The notes under the pieces were generated by a model. It saw only the letters and a program-made list of their open reading frames with translations, was not told the DNA's origin and ran no database searches. Below, piece after piece: positions 12,905 through 25,685 of a DNA stretch of 64,000 bases. The stretch is from Thalia democratica. Taxonomy: Eukaryota. Position 1 is the first letter of the stretch. Every line of letters begins with the position of its first letter. A program made the translations under genes and the position numbers. The DNA is taken from NCBI GenBank assembly GCA_965202585.1, contig OZ241826.1, positions 103,974,001-104,038,000 on the forward strand, given 5' to 3'.

Positions 12905-14297
12905 TCAATAAATTTGCATTCAGTTTTTACTAAATAATAAAGGTCTAACTCTTAGTCTCTAGGTCTTACCAGCAACCAAATAAGTTAATGCAGCTGGAAA
13001 GAGTTTTTAAATATTATAACTGTTTGCAGAAATCCAAATAAAGCCATTTTGTTTACTAAAACCACACATTCAATTTTCGAAATAAGAATAAAAAGGAAAT
13101 GCAGCAGGCTTAATGCAACTATAATAAAATCCTACACAAACAGGCTCCTGATATGCACACACTAATAACATTAACAATCATCAAAATTACATACTCAGCC
13201 ACTTTAATTAAAATTCGTAAGTAGAATGTTTAGAGTTTTAAACACTTTAAAAAAAATCATCTTAACGACATTAGCTATGTGTCTAACTTTAACAGGAATG
13301 TAAACAACTTACTGTAGATTGTAACTATCATATCAAAGACAAAAACCATAAATAAATAACTATTAAGTTTTAATTACACTATCAGGAACAAAAACTTCAA
13401 AAGAATTATAAGGAATTGCAGATTCTTTAAAAAGATATTACAGATTTTTACGAAAATTTGCTATATTTGACATATTTTTCCAAAATTGACATACTTTATC
13501 CAATTTTACTACTTTTTGTTGTAATTGCAATAAATTTGACGCTTTTACCTCATTCTTTATGTTGTTATTAAATAAAACATATGGTGCTATATTTGCCATT
13601 TTTTGCACAACTTTTCATATTTTCCATTATTCAATAGTATTGATACATATTTTCTCATTTTTGCAATTTTTTGTTAAAATTGCAATATTTAAGCCAAAAA
13701 TAGTTATATTTGCCAAATTTTGCCATATTTGCCAAAAAGTATTATAAATAAAAGAAATTTTTATAAAGAATAGTATTTTTTACATCTACATTTGATGTTT
13801 TATCCCTGATAATTTAGTTTAAACTTACTAGTTGTACAAATGAAGTTGTTGTCCCTGATATGATAGTTTATATTTACAGTCTGCAATAGTGTTTTACATT
13901 CGTGTTGAAGTCGGACTTACAACTTATTTTGCAAAGATGGAATTTTTATAAAGTGTCTAAAACTCAAAACAGTCTTTTAAAGAAGTATAGGCAAAGTAAA
14001 TCAATGTGTTTTTTTTTTGTTGATTAAAATGTTATGAGTGTGTACATATCTGTTTCCTCTTTGTAAAAGATTTTATTGAGGTTATAATGAACCTGCTACA
14101 TTTGTTTGTATTTCATATTTTGAAGAATGAATATGTAGTTTTAGTAAACAAAATGGCTTTTATTTTCGGGATTGTGCAGACTAACATGATATTGAATAAC
14201 TCTCTCTAGTTTCATTAGTTTTTCTGGTTGTTGGTGAGACCTAGGGAGATAGAACTAGACCATTATTATTAATCAAAAACTGCATGCGAATTTATTA
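12905..14297. repeat. Large degenerate inverted duplication
   Basis: 12905-13185 matches the reverse complement of 14020-14297; weaker match extends inward to about 13400/13790. Confidence 0.75.
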
Positions 14298-15709
14298 GTG
14301 TATTTTTATGTTATAAGTATAGAAGTTTTATTTGAAAAATCATTTGTTTTAGAGTTCTTAAAGCATCCTTTAAAAAATTTTATGGTTCATATTAGTTGAA
14401 ATTTTAAATTCTTTTTTACTTAAAGTTAAATTGTTGTTAATTTTTATTTTTAAATAAATTTTATAAGTAAGTTATACTTTTATTTAGTGTTCTTATGACA
14501 GTGTTTTAATGTTCTATTTATAAAAGATACATTAGTAAAATTGTCTTTTCTAAATTATATAAAGTAGTTTAGAAATGTATATATTGATTTTAAGATACTT
14601 ATAAATAAGGTAGCATTCTATTATAATAAGTAGTACCAATAAATAGGTATGCTAACACTAAAACCTTACATAGTTTCACCTTTACCTACATAGCTAATAA
14701 AGTTATACCAAACTTTATTATTTTTAGAAATTATACTTATACTGAAAAATTGAACACCAATTTCTTAACATTGTTATCAAAAACCGGGTTATATTAAAAG
14801 AGAACCAAAAAACTTTTCCCTAAGTATGACAATTGTTTCTAAATAATACTTTAATTTAGTTTTAATTGTTTTAATTTCGATAATTTACAAAAACTGATTA
14901 TATCATTTCAACTTCTCTACTACGACATTAATATAGTGACATTTCAACTTTTTTTTTAATTTGTCTCTTAAAGTAAACTACTATGTTTTGTTTTAACTTT
15001 TCAAGGAAAAAAGTTATGAGAAACCCAAGAATTTTTTTTTAAATATTACTATAAAGTTAGTCTAGTTACAATTAAGTAATATAGTTTTCAAGATCCAGTT
15101 TTAATTAAATAGTTTTATATAAATGATAACTTAAAGATGTATTACTTCTTGTTTTGAACATATTATTTATTTTTGCTTTAGAATCTAAGAAAACGTTTAA
15201 CTCTCACACTATCTACAAGTATTGCAAACAATGGTCGTTGAGTTACTTTTTAATTTAAGCTTTTTAATCTTTGTTTTCAAGTATTCTCCAAATATTCATA
15301 TACTAGACATAAGTTAGAAAAAAAAATAGAGGTTTATATTAATATACTTATTTTATAATTAGTTTTGCATTATGTTGAATTTTGGTCAATACAAAATGAG
15401 TACTATGTTTTTGTTGTGTATTTCTAATTGAAAACTTTTTCATATTTTTGTACTAATGAGACTATTAAGTTATTCAATATATATAAAACATATTTCAAAA
15501 GACAAATTTAGTTAACTTACTAAAATGTAATTTTGATAATTTTTTATTGATTATGTACATACTAATTTACATTATAATAAAAAATAATTTAAATTTTTGG
15601 TTAGTAAGTACATTTTTTAAAAGTGTTTTTAAATAAAACCTAATATGGTTATTTGTCTTTACTAAAAACGATTGCTCAATTTACTGGGACGTAACGAGCT
15701 TATTTAACG

Positions 15710-15913
15710 AGAGGTGTTCAAATCAAATATTTTGTTTACAACCAGGTTTCGGTGACAAAAACTTTAAGACTTCTTCAAGTAAAATAAAACACTAAACTGC
15801 GCATAGTAGGTAAACTGCACTGTTCAGTTTACTATTTTATTTTACTTGAAGAGGTCTTAATGTATTTGTCACCGAAACCGGGTAGTAAATAAAATATTTG
15901 ATTTGTAACCTCT
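15710..15913. mobile_element. Palindromic MITE-like element
   Basis: About 90-bp inverted arms (agaggt..caaatcaaatatttt...ggtttcggtgacaaa...cttcaagtaaaataaaa) around a short loop. Confidence 0.7.
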
Positions 15914-16046
15914 ATTTAAATTAAATCTAAAAAAATTGTAGAACATAGCAAAAAAATATGTAACTATATTTTTTAAATCCTAGACTACCTCTGTTAAGAG
16001 GTAAACATAACTGACTTTTTTAAATATAAACTTCACAATATTTTAG

Positions 16047-16907
16047 GTTTTATAAAGGTTTAGTAACAAAATGTCTAAAACTCAATTAAAAAAGCCAAGC
16101 TTTTTGATGTGTTCTTTCTACCAGTGAGGTAAGTTCTAAATATATCACTTTTTAAAATAAATTGGTGCAATGTTTGAATTTAATTTGATATATAATTTTA
16201 TTTATAAAAAGATAAATAAGCAGCAAAAAATTGTAACAAGATAAAAAATTAAACAAAAAATCTTTTTGTTTGAGCTTTAAATACGGCTAACATTTAAAAA
16301 CTCTGTAACTTATTTAATGAACAAATTTGTTTGAAAAGTTTTGTAAACTATAGTATTTAGGTATTATTCTTAAAAATACTTTAATAAATTGTTATAAATG
16401 AACTTTGTTTAGAAAAAGATACTAAGCATTATATTTAGAAGATAATAAAGTTCATCATTATAAACCATTTCGAAATTAGTTGTATACCCTCATGAATAGT
16501 ATTGTTACAAATTTCAACTATCTTATATAATCTATTAAAACTTGTGACAAATATAAAAAATAATGTTACATTAAACTAAAATTTTCAATATATGTAGGTA
16601 GAACTGAAAATCAGAAAAGTACGAGTTAGTTTGAAAATAGAAAACTTACAAAAAGAAGAAGCATCTTTAGTTGAAAAAGTTCACGGATTAAAAAAAAAAA
16701 TCGATGAAATACAATTAAAACAAAAAGAGTTGGTCGAAGAAACTGGTAGTTCACGTATTCTAAAAAGTTTATATACTAGATTCAAGGCATGTTTTCCAAA
16801 CAATAAAAAAAGCTAGAGTACGAGACGAACTAAAGACAAACCAAAAACAATTAGCTGTTGCTAAAAGAATGTTGGAGTCATTGAAAACAGAATCCGATGG
16901 TATATAA
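16047..16907 (+). pseudogene. Coiled-coil gene fragment with frame disruptions (pseudogene or consensus error)
   Basis: Exon 16047-16128 (ttttag acceptor, AG|GTAAGT donor, TGA just before the donor). Exon from 16598 is open from its acceptor; the coiled-coil continues in the +1 frame after the A7 run at 16805-16811 to TAA at 16907. Confidence 0.5.
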
Positions 16908-19382
16908 GATAATCTACAAAACATTTACAAAATAAAAACTATATGATTCCTGATCCTTACTTTTATATTTTTGTTAATACCATCCTTAGTTGAATGTTTT
17001 AGTGGAATATCTTTATTAAGTTTTTTTAACACAAACCATGCTGTTGTTTACTTTTCATGCATACGCCTAATTTCAACTTACTTTTAGTAAAGATTATGAA
17101 TGTAATTAAATAAGGTTATTATTTTTCAGTTAACTATCCTAACTTAAGTCCTGGTTTTCGTGGTCTCTTAGGTATTACATAACTAAAGAAGTTTTTAAAG
17201 TTATTTTTTTTCTACAAACATCTTGTCTGTAGTTATTGTGGATACATATAAACTGCGTTTTTTATTAGCAATGCTGATTTTGTTAATTAATAAAACGTAT
17301 TTCAAACAATTGAGATTATTCTCATTTATCTATTGTGTAATTTTCTGTTAAGAGTGAATCAAAATAAGTAGAATATAAATTACCTAAAATTTTATTTAGT
17401 AATCAAAGTTTATAATTACTTAACAATGAAGTGTACTTAATGTACTTTAAAAGTTCTAATGAATAAATAAGGTAGGGGTGGGCAACTTACGGACCCTCGA
17501 GTGTTTTTTAAATTTTAAAGATATAAAATTTCAAAAGATAATATAATAAAATAAACAGTCCGCGCTTAAAGTGTACATCCTGCAAAGGTCAATATAAAAT
17601 TCTTTTATAAAACTTTGTTACATACTTATACAAAACCAAACTGTTAGAAATTGACTTTAAAAACATGATTAGAATTGGCGTTTTATTTTAATGTTTACTG
17701 ATAAAATCACCATTTTTTCATAATATTTTATGTTATTCTTACTTAGTTGGAATACCTTTTTGTCAAAATATCCAAAGCTTATTGTTTGTTTAAGTCTGAT
17801 ATGTTACAAAGCTACCTTTGTCAATTACCATGTCAATTCTTTTTGTAGACATAAAAACATCTGAGACGTCTCAATCTTCACCTTAATTTGTCACAGAATG
17901 TTAGTAAATTAAAAGGAACCAGAAAAGTGTTTAACCGTATCCTTAAAACTAGATTCATGCCAAGTCCGAAACTTTTATTTCAGTTAGAACCCGACGGACC
18001 TCGTTCTAAATTTAAAATTAATATCTAGTCTGACTCAGATAATATTATTAAATTAGGATATTGTATGATACTGATATAAAATGGTATTAACAGGCTGGAT
18101 ACAGATACTGGATTTGGTAAATCACTAAATCGAAATGCTCCAGCCCGTAAAAGAATGAATTTTCCGGATCCAGCCCGCTTTTTATAACGTTTCCCACCCC
18201 TAAATAAAGTAAACCACAACATTTTATCAGTAAGAGTTACTAAAATTTTTAAAATTCAATAAACGTATGTTGTATAACGTTTTAAGATTTACATAAAAAC
18301 AACTTATAGTAAAAATACCACAAAAAAAGTAAAAGTTAATAGAAGTGTTTAAACTTTTATTAGAAAAGAGTTTAAATATAACACTAGTATATTAATATAG
18401 TTAAGATAAGGTTAATCTTTTAAGTGAGTGAAAGTAATTTCTTACAATACTATATATTGTTTTTTTTTTGCATTTATTTATAGTCTATAGAGGTAATTAA
18501 AAAAAATTAAAAAAGATATTTATCATTATTTATCATTCCTAAAATAGGTTATTAGCAGTTTACTTTTTATATTAATTTTTTTTAGATTACTTCCTTAAGG
18601 GCAAAGCTGAATGATTCAACACTTTTTTTTTTGATGTATATCCCAGAAAAAACATTTTTTAAATAAATTAAAGCAAATAATCTGTAAAAAATGTACTTTA
18701 TCTTTTTTATAATTTTAACTGTCAGTATCATAGCAAAGTCTTATTCTTGAAATTAAACTTTTAATAGATAAAAATTGTTTAACATATCAAAATATTAGTT
18801 TTCTAACAAAAGAATTTTTTATATTACATCTTGTACTATTTATTAACTGATGCAAATTTTTTGACTTTTACAAGTGTTATATTAAAGTTAAATTAAACAC
18901 TAATGTTTCAATTTAATTTAAGTTAATTTAAAATGTTTTATTTCCCTAAAAATATAAAACGGTATGTTTTATAAGAAAAAAATCCATTAGTTTTTTTGGT
19001 TTAAAATAATGTATGTTATACATTAAAAAATTAAACGCTTTTGTTTGATAAAACTAATCATTTTAAACAAAAGCACAGCTAATAATGATTACAAAAGTTT
19101 AGTTTTTGAAACCAGTACCGAAAAGAGCTAATAAAATTAAAGCTACTCAACTATTAAAACTAATAATATAAACAGTGTTTAAGGTCTAGGAAAATAAAAT
19201 ACTAACATATTCTTTTTTAAAAATTAAAACAGTTTTATTAAAAATAATATAATTTATTTTAAAAGGATCAAAAAAAAATTACAATCAAATATTGTTAAGT
19301 ATTTTAAAGAAAAAAAGTTATACATAGCATTTTTGAAATAAAAATAAACAAAATGAGTAAAAACTAACATAAAAATATTCAC

Positions 19383-19791
19383 TAAAATTAAATAAACTGT
19401 TGTTTTAGTAACCAAGCAAACTCTTTTTATAAAACTTTCTATTTGACTAGTAAAATAAAAATACATTTCTAGCAAAAAATCAACAAGTAATTTTAACTAC
19501 AACTGCATAGATACTCTTTTAAAACTTATATTAAGCTTTGTGATTAAAGTATGATAAAAATTGGTATATCATAAAATTTTGTTGTAAAATTAAATAAACT
19601 GTTGTTTTAGTAACCAAGCAAACTCTTTTTATAAAACTTTCTATTTGACTAGTGAAATAAAAATACATTTCTAGCAAAAAATCAACAAGTAATTTCAACT
19701 ACAACTGCATATATATTCTTTTAAAACTTATATTAAGCTTCGTGATTAAAGTATAAACAAAATTGTTATATCATAAAATTTTGTGGTAAAA
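19383..19791. repeat. Two-copy tandem duplication, about 202-bp unit
   Basis: Near-identical adjacent units starting taaaattaaataaactgttg at 19383 and 19585. Confidence 0.92.
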
Positions 19792-19923
19792 TACTTAATA
19801 GTTTAATAAAAAATATTTCGTAAAAGTCTTGAAATTTTATACGTTTACAAAATCTAAATAAAAAAAATCAATTTAGATTTAATAACTATATTGTTTATTG
19901 AACAACAAAAATGCTCAAAAAGT

Positions 19924-20006
19924 TTGGTCTTGAGGACCTGGTGCACGAAAAAACCTTTTGGTTATCGAGTCATGCATCAGAACAGTTTAACGTCATGTCC
20001 AGGACT
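19924..20006 (+). repeat. About 85-bp dispersed hairpin repeat, copy 1
   Basis: ggacctggtgcacga...ggttatcgagtc...gtccaggact; other copies at 22865, 29155 and 33224. Confidence 0.8.
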
Positions 20007-22864
20007 ATAATTTTTATATTTGTAATTAAAAAAATTAAACTGTTATAAAACAGTTTTTTTTTCGTCTTTTTGACCTTCAAACTAAACTTGTTTATAAGAA
20101 ATTCTTTAAAGCATCATTTTAAATTAGAATTATAAGAATGAAAATTTAAGTGAGTTTAACTTTAAAACAACCAACTACTTGAACACTTTTACAACTGTTG
20201 TCGTTCTAAACGTCATTGCTCTTTCCTTTTAGCTTTCATCAAATAAAAGAATAAATTCTCTAACTGAGTATCTACATTTTTTTCAAAGTGTTTATAATTA
20301 GTTACAGTATTTCAAAATGTAGGTATTATGATCAAGGCATGGTTTTCGCGAGCTGTCAATGTGTAAATACTCTGCAAATGTTCGAATGTCAAACAAATTG
20401 TCATTGTCAATTTCAATAGTGCCTATAATTATATACTTCATAACTTTTTAGAACACGTCATTGTTACTCACTGTGGAATTGACTTCCAAGTTATTATAAA
20501 TGACATGACTTATGGTTGCTGAAATAAGGCTTCAGTATGGTATCAAAATATTGAGACTTTTTTATCAGTTTCTGTTTGTCTGCTAAAAACACTCTATTTT
20601 CAACCAAGCTTTAACAATTAATTCGTCAGAACTTGATCAGATCAATTTCTATCCTCATTTTTAGATAACTCCTTCAATGATAGAGCCAATCGAAACGTCT
20701 TTTGGAACCATTTAGAAACTAAAATTTTATGTGAACTACTTTTTCCGAAACTTAGAACAGAGTTTAATAAAAAAAATTATTTTTTTATTGTCTAGTCAAT
20801 TACAGCTAAATTGACTAAAATTAATTAATAACTAAAAGGATCTGTTAATAAATTATGCAAATATATTTCATTGTTATTAAAAAAATATTCTATGTAACAA
20901 CTTTTTATACATGCTTTTGAGAAACAAGGTTTCTTTTGTTGTTTTAAAAGTCAAAAATGTACCATAGTTTATGTAACATATGATAAGCACATTTTTTAAT
21001 AAATGTTGCACTTTCAAATGTTCTTTAACATAAACTTTATAAAAGTATTTATAGATATTGCTAAGAAATTTATGCCAATTTTTACGCAAGTTAAAACAAG
21101 TTTTATAGCTCAAATTGTACAAACAAAGACAAACTAATTTTGACGTAGAAAAATAGTTATTAAATATTATTAATCAACCAACCCCGAATATGCTAATTTT
21201 TAAATACTTTGTTCTATCGGTTCTTATTTCAAATTAATAAGTAGTTTTTCAACTATCTTCAGCAAAGATAAAGTTTTTTTTACGCCAACGTTAAATAATA
21301 ACTAAACTTGAAATCTATCAACAACAGTTCGTATACAATCGTACTAATAACAAGGTTTTTGAGAAATTTATTCAAGGTTTTCGAAAGTTACAATTTTTAA
21401 ATATACTTTTATCATAAAATTAAGTTTAAGTTCAACAACTTTGTTAGATACTATAACAACATTGAAAACATAATAAAAATATGAAAATACTTTAAATATA
21501 TTTTAAAAAAGGAACTATGTCAAATCGAAAATTTATTACTACACCTTCAAAAATTGTTTAGAAATAAATTTGAATTATAAATACTAATCTTCTGTCTAAT
21601 TAAAAAAAAAATACCGACAGAAAATTGTAAGCTTTTTTTCTTTTAACTCTCAAGTATTCTAAAAACTAAACCAAAGATGAATTTTCCTGATTAAAAAAAC
21701 TTTAATTTAGAACTTATGTTTCTTAATATTATTACCATATTATTTTTAAACTTACAAGATCATCAGTCTATTTCGCAGTGAACAATTAAAAAAGAATGTA
21801 GAAAGAGAATTACTACTATTAATTACAATGCTTATGTACTAACCAGACATTTTCGGCAAAATTTTTCTGTAAATACCATATTTTAATATAATAATATAAA
21901 TGCAGTATGTTATGCACTGCATAATAAATCAAAAAGTTCAACTCCTTTTTTACTGCTTAAACATTTTCTAAGACACAATTGTGTTTGCTAATATCACTAA
22001 AACTTATTAAAATAAAAAACACTATTTTCAATTTCAAAAGTGTTAGAATAAATTGCACTTTAACTTAGTAATTTTTTATAACAAGTGTAATACTTAATTT
22101 ACAACTTTTTTATCATACAATTTATGTACAATCAGTTAATAAACATGTATAAATATAATTTATACTGATAGTAGCTGCTAATTTCAGATAAAAAACTAAA
22201 CTAAGTTATCTGCTAACCAAATTAAGTTGGAAAAACAATTCAACAAAGCCTGAAAATTAAGATTTTGCACTTAATACTTATCAACATAAATAAATGCACT
22301 ATTTATATATTAAAATGTTTAAATAAATTAGTTTGTTTAAAAAATATTATACCATAAATTTGATTTTATTACTTGTACTTAACTTTTGTATTTTTTAAAT
22401 CATCATCTAATGCCTTTGCTTGCTTATTAAGTGGCTTGAACAATAAAATAAACTAGAGTTGACAGAGTAAAGATAGCTTTTGATAAAACAAAAAATCTAT
22501 TTTATAAACTTTAAATATCCTGCTCAAGTAGTAGCGTGGCTTTTATTAAAAATAGTTTGTCAACTATGCATTACAGTTTTTCCAATCAAACGAAACTTTA
22601 TGAAACTTTTTAAATACAAATAGATGTTTTCAAACGGGTAAGTTTGATGTAATTTTTTTTCTATAAGTCATGTATATCACTAAAAACTTAGAGTAGTTTT
22701 GTTTCAAATAAAAAACATGTTATTTGTTATTAAATCTAGACTTACATAATGTAATAATTATTAAAAAAATGTTTTATTTTTATTTACATGATTAAAAAAA
22801 AATATAAGTTTTTACTACCTTATATATTTTTCTTTAATTTAACAATAAACACCGATTAAAATAC

Positions 22865-22950
22865 TTGGACTAAGGACCTTGTGTACAAAAAACCTTTCGG
22901 TTATACAGTCGTACACGCACAACATGGAAACAATTCATATCTTGTCCACC
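22865..22950 (+). repeat. About 85-bp dispersed hairpin repeat, copy 2 (degenerate)
   Basis: ggaccttgtgtacaaaaaacctttcggttatacagtcgtacac...cttgtcca. Confidence 0.7.
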
Positions 22951-24105
22951 ACAACTTTAATATTAATATTAATTAGTACCTAAAAAATTTACTTAATCTT
23001 TTTTATTAAATAATCATGAAAATAGCATGAAACTAAATAACTAGAATTCACATGAAAAGTTTTGTAGGAAAAAGAAAGAAAATTTGTATATAAGTATTTT
23101 GTGGCATTTAAGTTTGTAAAATGTTTCTCATATCTGGGACTTTATAAGTTCTATAGCTACAAGTTAAGCAGCCAATTAAAAACAAAACTTTCTAATTTTT
23201 ATATCAATTACTGTATATTTTTATTATTTACCTAGCTATTATCCATTTAAACATATTCTCATGCAAAATTAAATTAATAATTGCTTACTTTGATTTTTAT
23301 AAAATAAAATTCTAAACAACCTGATTTAGACATAAAACTTGATAAAAGCAATACACATTATTAAAAACTGAGACATTTTTCACTAAATTATATATGTCTA
23401 TAATTTGGATAACAATTTTCCTATCAGCAAGGCTTTTTACAACTGATAAAAAATTAATTTTTTTGTGATGAACTGCAATCATTTTTAGTTTTTACTATAA
23501 ACCAAAGTTTTAATTTAGTTTGCAACAGCGTTGTAAGATTATTGGTGGATTTTATTTTTGCAGTAGTGTTGGTAAACACTTACTTAGGGTTATGTGGTTT
23601 ATGATTTTGTCACTTTGATGGCTACACATTTAAATTTTAATCGTTTTAGTCTTTTCAGTCTAAATAAAATTTACTTCTGCTAGGTGTAGTGTAATATTAA
23701 AAAAGTCATATAAACAACTTTTTAGTTAGCAAAACTACTGCACTTCCAACTACTAAAAATTCATATAAGTAATATAAAAAACTTATATATTGATTTACTT
23801 GGTATTCATAACATTAGAACAATGCTTATTTGCTTGTCTTTTCATTTTTAAATGTTAATCATTAAAGAGGTTAAAAGTAAGTACTGATGTTTTTTTTTAT
23901 TTAAGAAAACTTATTAATCATTGTTATATATCACATTTTTTTAGTTTTTATTAATCAAACAATATTGTTTATATAAAAAATTAAATTTTGGCCTGAAAAA
24001 CTAATATTATAAATGGAACTGTATACTATCAGCTCAGTTTACATACATTCACTATTATCATAGCCATAGATTGGTTACATTACAGAGAGTAAAAAACTGG
24101 GTTAA

Positions 24106-24818
24106 GGGCATAGGAGGTTTAGGCACTTTTATTACATGTAGATCTTATTTTATAGATTTTTACCCCAGCTAACATGTTTTCACCTTTTTTGATAATTATA
24201 ATTAGTTAGACTTTGAAATATGAGGGGACAAAACTGGAGAGTTCAATAGGTTTCCTATGTAAGGCCAATTTTAAAAGACAAAAAAAAGACTATTTCATAG
24301 ATAATATTTCTTCTCCTACAGTTTTTAAGCTATATTTCTTCATTTTCAAGTAAAATGTTAACTTAATAGTAAGTAGTCCTATTGTAAATTTCTTTTTATT
24401 TGATATTTTTTTCTTCTTAAATAAATTAAAAAAAAAGGTTTTTTATTATCATTAGTCATGTTTAATTTTAAGTTGTTACAATAGGATTTTTGTTTTTTTG
24501 CAATAAACTTTTGCTTAAAAATTGAGGTCAATAGTTTACAAAAGAAGGAAGGGATAGATTTTTAGTCCAATAGCTAACAAAAGAAGGAACAGATAGGTGT
24601 TTAGTCAATTTTTTAGTTTCTTAATTTAATTGATTATGAAAAAGTTATTGCCTTTTAGTATATATCAAAAACGTTTTAGATAAAAGACTATATCTCAAAA
24701 ACTGATAAGATTTTTAAATTTTAGAAAAGCAGACTCAAAGTTTATACTTAAAGCTTTCATATAATAGCAAATTTTATTTTTTGTAAGAAAAATGTCCTTA
24801 CCTCAATTCCCTATGCCC
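24106..24818. mobile_element. PIF/Harbinger (Tourist-like) non-autonomous element
   Basis: 9-bp TIR GGGCATAGG/CCTATGCCC flanked on both sides by a TAA TSD. Confidence 0.7.
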
Positions 24819-25685
24819 TAACGCTGGTTGAAAACACAAAATTTTAGAACCTTTTTTCAAAAAAAATATAACACAGATTTGCTACACAACCATTATAAAC
24901 CAGGATATAATGTTTTTTTTACTCAGGCTGACTAGTGACAGTTTTAAGATTTTTTCAAATGTCAGGACAGATTGTTTCTTTGTCTTGAATGAGTTTCAGT
25001 TGATCTAGTTTCAATATTATTCAAATAGTTTATTTTTATTGGTTTTAAAAGCATTTTTCTATTTGCTCTATCCAAAGAAAATAATCAAGTGAGGTTTCAT
25101 TTTGGCCTATTGAGTCATATGACTCTCATTGTGTGCTTAAATTGCTCTAAATATACCCATAATTTTTTGAAAAAAAAAAACAGAATTAAAAAAAACCTTT
25201 TTAAATTTTGAGCTTACAAATAGTATATAACATTTTCAATGGAGCTCTACCACATAAAATAAAAATGTTAAAATAATATACATGTATAATTTCTGTTAAG
25301 TTTGTGTAATTAATGCAAGCTTAAAACTTGACATAAATTTTAAAGTTTTTCAGGCAGTTTTTGAACAGAAAGATGTATTTTGTTATAAAAATTTACTTAT
25401 AAAAGTTAGATAGGTATTCTTATTTACTTATTTTGATCACTTTATTTTCTTTAATCATCAATTTTAAAAAAATATATATTATCTGTGCTATTTCTATTGG
25501 AAAAAAATTAAGAAAGGTAACTGTATAACTTTGTTTAGTACTGATAATCTAATACAAACTTTTGTTTTTAATGTTCACAATCATTTCAAATATATTAGCT
25601 ATAATAATATTTTTCTTAATACTAATTTCAAAATATAACAACATTTGTAGAAAAGTAAACTGTAACCTAAATCAAAGTACCAAAG

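Noticed and set aside
20200-20720. Coding-like composition suggesting a decayed gene or transposase (also about 32200-33100)
   Set aside because: Multiple stops in every frame I tried and no recognisable motif; needs a BLASTx search.
3483-23000. Short 60-80-aa F/L/I/K-rich ORFs (3483, 5296, 18025, 19254, 20877 and similar)
   Set aside because: Composition mirrors the AT-rich background, with no splice or domain support.
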